From assembly GCA_963748825.1 (NCBI GenBank), contig CAVVKN010000002.1, forward strand, positions 64,001 through 128,000: a DNA stretch of 64,000 nt, in the 5' to 3' direction. The notes under the pieces were generated by a model. That model was not told the DNA's origin. It did not search any database and saw only the letters and a list, made by a program, of their open reading frames with translations. This document shows positions 40,940-49,312 of the stretch, piece after piece (the first letter of the stretch is position 1; every line of letters begins with the position of its first letter). Origin of the DNA: Methanotrichaceae archaeon (lineage in GTDB: Archaea > Halobacteriota > Methanosarcinia > Methanotrichales > Methanotrichaceae). The position numbers and the translations under genes are program-made.

Positions 40940-41167
40940 AAATGTCTATTATACCTCTGAAGGGATAACTCTTTCCAACATCTCTAACGTTTTTTGATAT
41001 TCCCGGACCAACGACTTTCCAACGCGGCCGGAGCCGTTCGAATCTCACCCAAAATGGCCTGCCTGCATCTCAATATCTCATTCTCCTGATTATTTCTTTG
41101 GAGTGAAAATGATCTTTTCGGCCTGAACCGAAAGCCTTTTATATCGGCAATTGACGTATAGTATATT

Positions 41168-41233
41168 GGCAAAAGTCGAAGCTATTTTTCCCTCCTACAT
41201 CACTGACTTTTGCCTCCCTCCTTCTTATTCATC
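41168..41233 (+). ncRNA. Candidate sRNA, copy B (hairpin with anti-SD motifs)
   Basis: Same stem and TCCCTCCT motifs as 28669-28734; TATA TTTTATAT at 41137-41144 with identical spacing to the stem. Confidence 0.6.
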
Positions 41234-41543
41234 AAACGCTTTCATGAGGATCTAGAACATCCGATTTCATCCATCCTCCGCTTTCCAAAAGAAAGACTTA
41301 TAGCCTAAATCATCCTTATTCCTTCAAGAACGCCAGCCATTCGGAGGAGAGGCAATTAAGTCGGGGCGATGAGGCTTGAAGACTGGCCAGGCCCACAGCC
41401 CCATTTATATCCCCGGCACCCTTGATTTTTACAGGTGCATGTGTATCTGTATCTGGCTCAAAATCGATTTTCTGGATCGCGGCTCAGCTCTTCGGAGATA
41501 TTTGTATAGTATTATAAAAATAGTTTAGGAAAATGCCATAGAA

Positions 41544-41683
41544 CCATATTTGCCTGAATCTACCTGGGCGTTGTAGCGGCTGGCGAGACTGAGGAGGAGA
41601 CGTTGGAGCTGATGAAGGAAGCTACAGAATTCCACTTAAAAGAAGAGAATCGTCCATGCTTCCAGAATTCCTTAAGATCATAA
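41544..41683 (+). pseudogene. HicB/UPF0150-family antitoxin remnant
   Basis: VVAAGETEEETLELMKEATEFHLK from 41570, preceded by frameshifted PYLPE/LPG. Confidence 0.65.
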
Positions 41684-41854
41684 TCTTAGCAGAAATTTTT
41701 CGAACAATATTATATATACACATACATCCTTCAAGAAAGATAGCAAAAGCAACGCCTGGTGTACTCTCTGGAAAGCTCACCTCCCTTAAAAATCCTTAAA
41801 TAGTAATAATGCCCGATTGAGGGAAGTTGCAAAAAATATTTGGCGGTTATAGGC

Positions 41855-42286
41855 ATGAAAAGAATCTTGGTATGTATTCTATTATTACTACTATGGATCG
41901 GTGTGGATTCGGTAAGCGCAGACACAATCTCTGCCCAGATAGACTCGTTCGATTTTCCATCCGGTGACTGGTACCGAGGGTCCAATCAGGGAGGAGCCAA
42001 TGTCTGGATAAAAAATACAGGTGATGTCGGTCATCTATTTTGGGTCTCCTACCAAGTGATGGATAAAAGAGGCCGGTGGTACAGTGCGCCACCAGAGTCT
42101 GTATATGCGGAACCAGGCGACAGCACGTATTTTGTTAATCCGGTTTGGAATATTCCTGATGATGCGGAGCTGGGTAACTACCAAGCAGATTTTTATTTAT
42201 ATGGATATTATGACAGTCGCACAGGGGAGCTGTCCGAACAGTTGGATCAAGTAGACCAAGTAGGTGCATTTAGAGTTGTAGGATGA
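41855..42286 (+). CDS. Secreted hypothetical protein (beta-rich, Ig-like)
   Basis: Signal peptide; IKNTGD and WNIPDDAELGNY motifs resemble CARDB/Ig-like domains. Confidence 0.65.
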   Translation: MKRILVCILLLLLWIGVDSVSADTISAQIDSFDFPSGDWYRGSNQGGANVWIKNTGDVGHLFWVSYQVMDKRGRWYSAPPESVYAEPGDSTYFVNPVWNIPDDAELGNYQADFYLYGYYDSRTGELSEQLDQVDQVGAFRVVG

Positions 42287-42605
42287 GGTGTTAGAGTAGG
42301 GGCCAATAAAATATTGGCCGCGTGGGTGAGTTACTGAAAACCAAGGGTAATCTTCACTTTACTATTTTTTGGTTGCAATTTGATAAAAGCTCGGGAGCCA
42401 AGTGGCCACTTGCGATCCCTTTCGACCACGCAGCAGCCGCCGCAGAGCGGGCCTCTGGTCCCCAGGCGTACGGTTTCCCGGTCATCTCTGCTCGATCAGA
42501 TTCCCGCCTGTTTTCCTGCCGCGTCCGATCCAAATCTGATCCAAATCCTTTTCTTCTTGTTTTCCTATTCTCATAAATGGCTCAAGTTTACAGGATGATG
42601 CATAT

Positions 42606-43724
42606 TTGAACCAATTCAAAATATGGTTTCGCTACAACAACAAGAACTCCTACAGCATTGCTGCCCTGATGCCGCTCGTCGAGGCAGGCATAGCACGGGA
42701 GCCGAAGGACGGCATCATGCTCTACAGTTTCGCCACTGCCCAGGCGGCGGAGGTCTACAGCGAGGTCAGCCGCGCGGTGGTGGATGCCGTCTACATCGCC
42801 GGCGGCCCACATCCTTCTGCTCTGCCCGAGCAGGTTCTGGAGCACTTCGACTTCGTGGTGATAGGAGAGGGAGAGGAAACGCTTCCGGAATTGATAGAGG
42901 CAATAGAAAACGGTCGGGACCCGGCCTCGGTTAAGGGCATAGCCTACAAATGCCAGGGACAGGTTTTATTCACGGAAAAGAGGGCCCCGGTAGATCTGGA
43001 CTCTTATCCGCCCTTCGCCAAGATCCTGGCCCCGATCGAGATCTCTCGCGGCTGCCCCTGGGGCTGCACTTACTGCCAGACGCCGCGCCTCTTCGGCTCT
43101 TGCATGCGCCACAGATCGATCCCTGTCATCGCCAAGTACGCCCGCTACCACAAGGATATCCGCTTCACCTCCCCCAACTCGCTGGCCTACGGCTCAGACG
43201 GCCGCAGGCCAAGGCTGGAGAAGGTCGAGGCACTGCTCAAGGTTCTGGCCGAGCAAAAAAAGCCCATCTACTTCGGAACATTTCCCTCCGAGGTCCGGCC
43301 GGAGTTCGTCACCCCAGCGGCCCTGGAGCTTGTCGTCAAATACTGTGCCAATAAGAGCCTCAGCCTGGGCGGTCAGTCCGGCAGCCCGGCAGTGCTGCGC
43401 AGCATCGGTCGGGGCCACGGGCGCGGTGAGATCGAGGCAGCTTGTGAACTGGCCCTGGATTATGGTCTAACTCCGCAGGTGGATCTGATCTTCGGCCTTC
43501 CAACGGAGTCAGAGGAGGATCAGCGCATGACCCTCGACCTGGTAAGATGGATCGCGGCCAAGGGCGGCAAAGTGCGGGCGCATCGCTTCATGCCCCTGCC
43601 GGGAACGCCCCTGGCGGAAACGCGGCCCGCGCCTCTGGCAGATGACGTGGAGGCGTGCCTGGGCAAGATGGCCCTGGAGGGACGCCTGACAGGCACCTGG
43701 TCGGCCGGGACCAGGACCGATTGA
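42606..43724 (+). CDS. B12-binding domain/radical SAM protein (MJ1487/TIGR04013-like)
   Basis: AGGPHPS, GEGEETL, EISRGCPWGCTYCQTP, GTFPSEVRPE. Confidence 0.85.
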   Translation: MNQFKIWFRYNNKNSYSIAALMPLVEAGIAREPKDGIMLYSFATAQAAEVYSEVSRAVVDAVYIAGGPHPSALPEQVLEHFDFVVIGEGEETLPELIEAIENGRDPASVKGIAYKCQGQVLFTEKRAPVDLDSYPPFAKILAPIEISRGCPWGCTYCQTPRLFGSCMRHRSIPVIAKYARYHKDIRFTSPNSLAYGSDGRRPRLEKVEALLKVLAEQKKPIYFGTFPSEVRPEFVTPAALELVVKYCANKSLSLGGQSGSPAVLRSIGRGHGRGEIEAACELALDYGLTPQVDLIFGLPTESEEDQRMTLDLVRWIAAKGGKVRAHRFMPLPGTPLAETRPAPLADDVEACLGKMALEGRLTGTWSAGTRTD

Positions 43725-43726
43725 CA

Positions 43727-44062
43727 TCAATGGTAGAATTGCTTGAAAGGTTTTTTGTACTCGTCCTGTAGCTCGTATTTTATTACCATCTTATCGGGCA
43801 TGACTTGAATCTCTCGTACCGATTGGGTAAAGAGGTACCAGATAAAGCCTCTGTCCGGGAGCCTGTATCTATCCGGCAAGGTAGTGGTGAACTCACAGGT
43901 GCCCATGATGTAAGTTCTGAGCATCTCGCTTCCTGAGGCAAAGAGGAAGGGAAAGCTTACGTTTTCAATCTCTCGCTGGCAGTAGCCCTGCAGGCGCAGG
44001 CGCTGGGCCAGGAACACCAGGTAATCTTCTTTGGTTACCACCAGCTCTCTGTACTCGCTCAT
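43727..44062 (-). CDS. Hypothetical protein
   Basis: Clean ORF with GGTGA RBS downstream of mmp10; no motif recognised. Confidence 0.6.
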   Translation of the reverse strand: MSEYRELVVTKEDYLVFLAQRLRLQGYCQREIENVSFPFLFASGSEMLRTYIMGTCEFTTTLPDRYRLPDRGFIWYLFTQSVREIQVMPDKMVIKYELQDEYKKPFKQFYH

Positions 44063-44123
44063 TGCATTCACCCCTGATAAACTGGCAGAGGGTGAGATAA
44101 AAGTTATCGTCGCAGACAAGAGG

Positions 44124-45482
44124 CTAAACTATCAGCTCGATTCTCTCATATTCGCTTGCCTGGGCCGCTCTGTCCCGGCTGGATGACTGAGAATGAAAGT
44201 GCTCGCTGGATAAGCAGCCTTCCTGGATGTGCTTTTTGCCTGCATAAAACTCTGGGATGATAGACCCGAGGTCATTGATCTGCGTAATTAAGCCTGTGAA
44301 AGCCTCGATCTCCTTTTCCAGCACCTCTTCAAGCGTATTGTAAATGCTTCGTTCCGATACAACCGTAAGTTCATCAGGGCCTCGGAAGACCAATCTTCTC
44401 TTGCCGTCTCGCCGTAAGGCTCTGTGAATATCTCTATCATGAGCCAGCACCATGCCGGGTATAATCACTCTTTCTTTAACATTTTTCAGTGCAAGCTTCT
44501 CAAAGTCTTCCAGGGTGATCAGATTGCCGATCTCCTTTTCTGTGGTCACCACATTTACCTCGTCTCCCAGTTCTTTGAATATCGATGATAAGAGGGGATA
44601 GGCTACGGAGCTGGTAATAATAGTCGCGCTCTTTTCTATGGCAGGAAGCCTCCGGAGCTCCTTCTTGTGATGGGCCAGGGCAAAGGGCGCTCCTGTGAGG
44701 GGATCCCAGAGCGGGGTGCCGATAACCCTCATGTCATAGTTTTCGCTGATTTTCGTCGCGATGCGGCGAATATCCTCCACGTCGTAGGGTGTTACATCCG
44801 GCATTATCGGCTCGTTACCGAAGATGAGACCCTGCTCTCGACTATTGGCAAACGACATGAGCATGAGGCCCTTGGCACCCATGTCCTGCAGATCCCGGCA
44901 GGTCTTCTCCAGCTCAAGGCCATCATTTACTCCGGGAATGAGGACGATCATGGCGTAGAGTTCAGATCTCTCGCAGAAAGTTCTAAAATTGTGGAGCACG
45001 ATCTCCGGATGCTTATCATTTACATACTTTCGGCGAAGATTTGGATTTGTGGAGAAGACAGAGAAGCTTATCCTCTGTACGCCGGCATCGATTAGGAGGT
45101 CTGCATCATCTTCTTTTGTAAATCCTTTTCCGCTGGTGTAATCTAAAAATACCGGCACACTGCCGTTGCTTACCGTCCTCACCAGATTGAGAAGATGTGG
45201 GTAGCAGCTTATATCGCCGTTTCCCTTGACGGTGATCATCTCCGGCGTAGAAGAGACGCTTTTTTGGGAGACCTCGAAGATCAGTTGATCCAGGGGCTTA
45301 TAGCCTGGTTCGATCTCTATTACCTCTCTCGAGCAGTAATCGCAACCTTTTTTATAGGGGCTGCATCGCCTGCATCCAGATGGTTCTACTCCTTTTACAC
45401 CTATAAAATAACAAAAGCTGCAGAAACCTCTGCAATCCAGACCGGGCCTGCCACCTACATCCACAGTCACTTGCATAGTCAC
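44124..45482 (-). CDS. mmp10: Mmp10 (methanogenesis marker 10)-family radical SAM methyltransferase, divergent
   Basis: VDVGGRPGLDCRGFCSFCYF, CRRC..KKGCDYC, YTSGKGF, IPGVNDG, ALRRDG..R.V.RGP. Confidence 0.85.
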   Translation of the reverse strand: MTMQVTVDVGGRPGLDCRGFCSFCYFIGVKGVEPSGCRRCSPYKKGCDYCSREVIEIEPGYKPLDQLIFEVSQKSVSSTPEMITVKGNGDISCYPHLLNLVRTVSNGSVPVFLDYTSGKGFTKEDDADLLIDAGVQRISFSVFSTNPNLRRKYVNDKHPEIVLHNFRTFCERSELYAMIVLIPGVNDGLELEKTCRDLQDMGAKGLMLMSFANSREQGLIFGNEPIMPDVTPYDVEDIRRIATKISENYDMRVIGTPLWDPLTGAPFALAHHKKELRRLPAIEKSATIITSSVAYPLLSSIFKELGDEVNVVTTEKEIGNLITLEDFEKLALKNVKERVIIPGMVLAHDRDIHRALRRDGKRRLVFRGPDELTVVSERSIYNTLEEVLEKEIEAFTGLITQINDLGSIIPEFYAGKKHIQEGCLSSEHFHSQSSSRDRAAQASEYERIELIV

Positions 45483-45616
45483 GGATCATTCGTAAGGTAT
45501 TTAAATCTTACTAAAAATTATTTAACTGATTAAAATTATTATAAAAAAGTTTATTAATAATTGTTAAGATATTCACTTAATATATGTGGTTATAGCGTTC
45601 AGGGATGCGCCATCCG

Positions 45617-46288
45617 TCATGGATGCAATGGGATACCGCTGTCCAGCAGCTTTCTTGCCAGGCAAAGCTCTGCCAGGCTCATCTGCCCAGGTGCCGTGCT
45701 CTGTGTGATAAAGCCGTAGGTAAGGGCCGAGCCGTAGAGCGGCGCTACGGCGCGCAGATGTCTGCCCACCTGGCCCATGGCAATCATGCAAAGGGGCATA
45801 TCTGCATCCAGCAAAAACTGCAAGATCCTCAAATTATCATGGAGGCTTTTGGGCGTCACGGCGATCTTGGCAATGGCAGCTTTTGTCTTCTTCATCTCCT
45901 CGTAGATGCCGGCCAATTCCAATTCATTCGGCGTGCCCTGAAAGTCGTGGTAGGATACTATTACCGGTTTTTTTATCCTGGCAATGGCATTATCTCTTTG
46001 ATCCGCTAAGAGCTCCACATCCACGTAGTCGGCATAGTAGGCGGCCTTGATGAGCAGGTCAATTCTCTCTCTTTCGCTGCCCTGAAACATTCCGCCCTCC
46101 GTCTTGAGACGAGCCGTGGCGATGATCGGCTTGGCAGTGGACTTTCGGACGGCCCTTATGGTTTGAAGGGGATCGCCACCGGTAAGCAGGTCCAGTCGCA
46201 GCTCGATCATATCCGCATCGCCGGCGGCCTGAACATCTTTTTCCGCATCCTTTCCCAGGACGGCTACTATGCGCGGCTTGTGATTCAT
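45617..46288 (-). CDS. aroD: 3-dehydroquinate dehydratase type I
   Basis: IELRLD, VSYHDF..TP, AKIAVTP, IAMG..GR, TAPGQ. Confidence 0.92.
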   Translation of the reverse strand: MNHKPRIVAVLGKDAEKDVQAAGDADMIELRLDLLTGGDPLQTIRAVRKSTAKPIIATARLKTEGGMFQGSERERIDLLIKAAYYADYVDVELLADQRDNAIARIKKPVIVSYHDFQGTPNELELAGIYEEMKKTKAAIAKIAVTPKSLHDNLRILQFLLDADMPLCMIAMGQVGRHLRAVAPLYGSALTYGFITQSTAPGQMSLAELCLARKLLDSGIPLHP

Positions 46289-46292
46289 GGAT

Positions 46293-47414
46293 TTATTGCT
46301 CCACAATGCTCTCCTCGATCTTCATGCCGAAGTGGCGGGCCATCTCTTCCAGGTGCACCAGCACCTCGTCCCCGGCTTTGAGATCGGTCACCGGCCTGGG
46401 CATTCCATCGGAGCCGACCAGTTTTATGGTCTCGGCATTTTGCAGCAGAGTGCTTATCCTCTGGCCATTGGCCTCCGCCTCGATGAGGATCATGGGCCTC
46501 TTCTCGATCTTGGCGCGGCCAACTATGGCCGTTCTGGCAAGGCCCTCCTTGCTGACGATGGTAACTTCATCTCCCGATTTTAGCTCGGAGAGGTAGCGCG
46601 TCTTCTCTCCCACCCGGATGTAAGCATGCACCGCACCGGCATTTACCCGGAAGGGCCGCGCTGCCACGTAGGGGCTGTCTTCAGACTCGCTGTGAACCAG
46701 GAAGAATCCTTTGGCCTGGGAGCCGATGAGCATGCCCTCCCCAAAAGACATCATGCTGGCGGTGTCCACGCAGACCCGATCGCCCATGCCCACAGCTTTT
46801 ACAGCGGTGACCTTGGCTGAAATTAGCTCTATCCTGCTTTTTTCCGACTGCTCTACTGCGTCCATGACCCTCTTGATCTCGGAGGGGTCTGTGCTGTCCA
46901 GCAGCACTCCATCGGCGCCCTTTTCCAGAGTCGCCAATGCGAGGCGCGCCTCTTCTACCGTCTTGACGCCGCTGATGATCTTAACTTGCGCACCCTGCAG
47001 TCCAGCAATCATGTTCTCCAGGGGAATGACCTTCCAGTCCGTGCCGATGACGAGAAGATAATCTACAATCCTGCCCATCTCCACGGCGAACTCTTCATAC
47101 TTCTTGTTGGCAATGACCACATACGCAGCCTTTGTCCCAGAAACGGTCTTGGCGATAGCCCCGTCCATGGAGCTGCTCGGGTCTTTGGGTAGCTCTACAG
47201 TTCCATCGCCTTCGCCGCTCTTGCCTACAACTAAAATATCCTCAGTCCCTCTCTCTACACCAAAACAGGCCACCTTGATCTTGCCCAGTTCTCGCACGTG
47301 CTCGATATTCTCTCTGTCCACGAGCACGCAGTCGAAGCCCGATTCGAGAGCGGTGGTGATCCTGGGCTTGATCTCCTGCCACGACCCTTCGGCCATGAGC
47401 CACTTCTCTTTCAT
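46293..47414 (-). CDS. aroB': 3-dehydroquinate synthase II (archaeal)
   Basis: DWKVIPLEN, LEKGADGV, GDRVCVDT, RPFRVNAGAVHAY, LQNAETI. Confidence 0.95.
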   Translation of the reverse strand: MKEKWLMAEGSWQEIKPRITTALESGFDCVLVDRENIEHVRELGKIKVACFGVERGTEDILVVGKSGEGDGTVELPKDPSSSMDGAIAKTVSGTKAAYVVIANKKYEEFAVEMGRIVDYLLVIGTDWKVIPLENMIAGLQGAQVKIISGVKTVEEARLALATLEKGADGVLLDSTDPSEIKRVMDAVEQSEKSRIELISAKVTAVKAVGMGDRVCVDTASMMSFGEGMLIGSQAKGFFLVHSESEDSPYVAARPFRVNAGAVHAYIRVGEKTRYLSELKSGDEVTIVSKEGLARTAIVGRAKIEKRPMILIEAEANGQRISTLLQNAETIKLVGSDGMPRPVTDLKAGDEVLVHLEEMARHFGMKIEESIVEQ

Positions 47415-47495
47415 GTGTTACACCTTAACATACCATTACTAATTTCTTTTGCCGGCCAAGCTTAAAAATTTATACACGGAGAAAAGAATGAGCCT

Positions 47496-48203
47496 ATGGG
47501 AAATCGGTTGGTTTATAGCCCTGTAAGCTTGCTTCTTATGCTCATATTTGCATTTTTGCTCTTCTTTGTGGTTGGCTTTCTCTTTCTGGACCTGGCCAGG
47601 ACGGCTTTTACCAAGATCGGTTTTTCCTGGGGCCAGGCTTTATTTGTGCTGCTGGCATCACTCTTGGGCAGCAGCGTAAACATACCTGTAACCAACCTGG
47701 AGTGCAGCGCTCCCCTGGTGCGGGAGAGGTATGTGCGGGCCTTCGGCATAGCTTACCGGGTGCCTGTGGTGGAAGTTGTGAGCTGCAACACTCTGCTGGC
47801 CGTCAACCTGGGCGGAGCTGTGATACCATCGCTGATCTCCACGGCGCTGATCTACCGGTTCCCCGAGTCTCTGAATTATGCCCTTATCGGAATTGCTTTT
47901 GTTGCCATCATAACAAATCGTGTAGCTAGGCCTGTAAAGGGTCTGGGAATTGTCACTCCTGCTCTTCTTCCACCTCTCAGTGCGGCAATAGCCGCGATCC
48001 TGCTGGTCTATGTAGGAGGAGCCCCGCATGATCTCATCTTTCTCATCGCCTATGTGAGTGGAACTCTGGGTACGCTCATTGGCGCAGATATCTTGAACCT
48101 GAACAAGATCAGGGATCTGGGAGCGCCGGTGGCAAGCATTGGTGGAGCCGGAACATTTGACGGCGTCTTCCTATCCGGCCTGATCGCCGTGCTGCTGCTA
48201 TGA
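47496..48203 (+). CDS. DUF1614 membrane protein
   Basis: GSSVNIPV, AVNLGGAVIP, GTLIGADILNL, SIGGAGTFDGVFL. Confidence 0.88.
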   Translation: MGNRLVYSPVSLLLMLIFAFLLFFVVGFLFLDLARTAFTKIGFSWGQALFVLLASLLGSSVNIPVTNLECSAPLVRERYVRAFGIAYRVPVVEVVSCNTLLAVNLGGAVIPSLISTALIYRFPESLNYALIGIAFVAIITNRVARPVKGLGIVTPALLPPLSAAIAAILLVYVGGAPHDLIFLIAYVSGTLGTLIGADILNLNKIRDLGAPVASIGGAGTFDGVFLSGLIAVLLL

Positions 48204-48308
48204 AAGCAATTTGCGCAAATTCATGGGTGAAGAAACATGAGTGATAAGGCAAGAGTGGTAAGGAACGAATGGGAAAGAGCTTTAAGATAAACGCTAAGAG
48301 GCTGAAGC

Positions 48309-48550
48309 ATGAGCTTTAGGGGAATCCTCGCGGGTCCGCAGAATGATGGACTGCTAAAAGAGGCGGGCGATCCCAAAGGCTACATCACCCGAGAGCAGGC
48401 CCGCGAGGGCCCCTTCGTGAACATCACCGGCTCCTGCGATCTCGTCCGAGAGAAGCCCGTTATTCGGCTCACCAGGATGATGACGCGCGAGAATCCCATC
48501 TACACGGCCTCTTACAGGCGGGCGGCGAGCATAAGAGGTTCTTGCAGCAG
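48309..48550 (+). pseudogene. Internally deleted UbiD-family decarboxylase remnant
   Basis: MSFR..L...GLLKE N-terminus fused to EGPFVNITGSCDLVR.KPVIR...NPIY, continuing after a frameshift as HGLLQAGGEHK. Confidence 0.7.
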
Positions 48551-48592
48551 GTTGCCTGAATGGCGGGGAGTTTTGAGGGAGAAAAGATTGTC

Positions 48593-49234
48593 ATGATGTG
48601 GCGTTTGGCTTTATTATTGGTTTTGGTTTTGATGCCCGCAGCTTTCGGGCTGCCTGACGAGGCTGTCGGGCGTGTGGTAAGCGTAATCAGCGGCGACTCG
48701 CTGGGCATAGAGATGCTGATTGCCGATGCGAGGACAAACAACATCGATAGCATCAAGCTCGCCGATATCGAAGCGCCCTCAACCGTAACCGCCGAAGGTA
48801 AAGCCGCTCAAAAATACGCCCTTTCTTTGCTGAAGAACAAGACGGTATATCTGGATATCAATGACAACACCACCGGCACACGCAACGAGTGGAGCCAACT
48901 GATCTGTGTCATTTACCTTATGGATTCGGAATTTCGGCCGGTCTGGCCGCCCGTTAACAGAATCCTTGTAGACGGCGGCTATGCCAAGCTAAACGACGAC
49001 ACAAATAATGAATTCAATTCATCTGCCTGGTGGCAGAAGCCTCCGGTATTCCCACCGGGAGAAAAGAGAGATTTGCTAAAAGCGATACTGGAAAAAAGGC
49101 CTCTACCAGAACAGGAGAACCTTGTTGCGCCTTCTTCCTCTCCGGCCGGTGTAATAATGGGCAGTTCCAAGAAGGGCAGCGTTTTGGAGAAGGACAGCGC
49201 ATCCGGGCGCATCAGCATCGGATATCGCAAATAA
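48593..49234 (+). CDS. Secreted thermonuclease (SNase)-like protein
   Basis: Signal peptide; VVSVISGDSL, IKLADIEAP, VNRILVDGGYA. Confidence 0.7.
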   Translation: MMWRLALLLVLVLMPAAFGLPDEAVGRVVSVISGDSLGIEMLIADARTNNIDSIKLADIEAPSTVTAEGKAAQKYALSLLKNKTVYLDINDNTTGTRNEWSQLICVIYLMDSEFRPVWPPVNRILVDGGYAKLNDDTNNEFNSSAWWQKPPVFPPGEKRDLLKAILEKRPLPEQENLVAPSSSPAGVIMGSSKKGSVLEKDSASGRISIGYRK

Positions 49235-49312
49235 TTATCTCGGTAAGATGGTCGGCAAGAGTGTCTGCAGGAGCAAATTATTATTGACGCCTAATTCAAT
49301 CGGTCACTGAAG

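Noticed and set aside
28669-41233. The two inverted hairpin elements as ends of a 12.5-kb composite mobile element
   Set aside because: They enclose core genes (tex, thrS), no transposase lies between them, and their conservation is centred on promoter and RNA motifs.
42320-42600. Short ORFs and an 11-bp tandem duplication (GATCCAAATC x2)
   Set aside because: No recognisable product; the duplication is too short to interpret.
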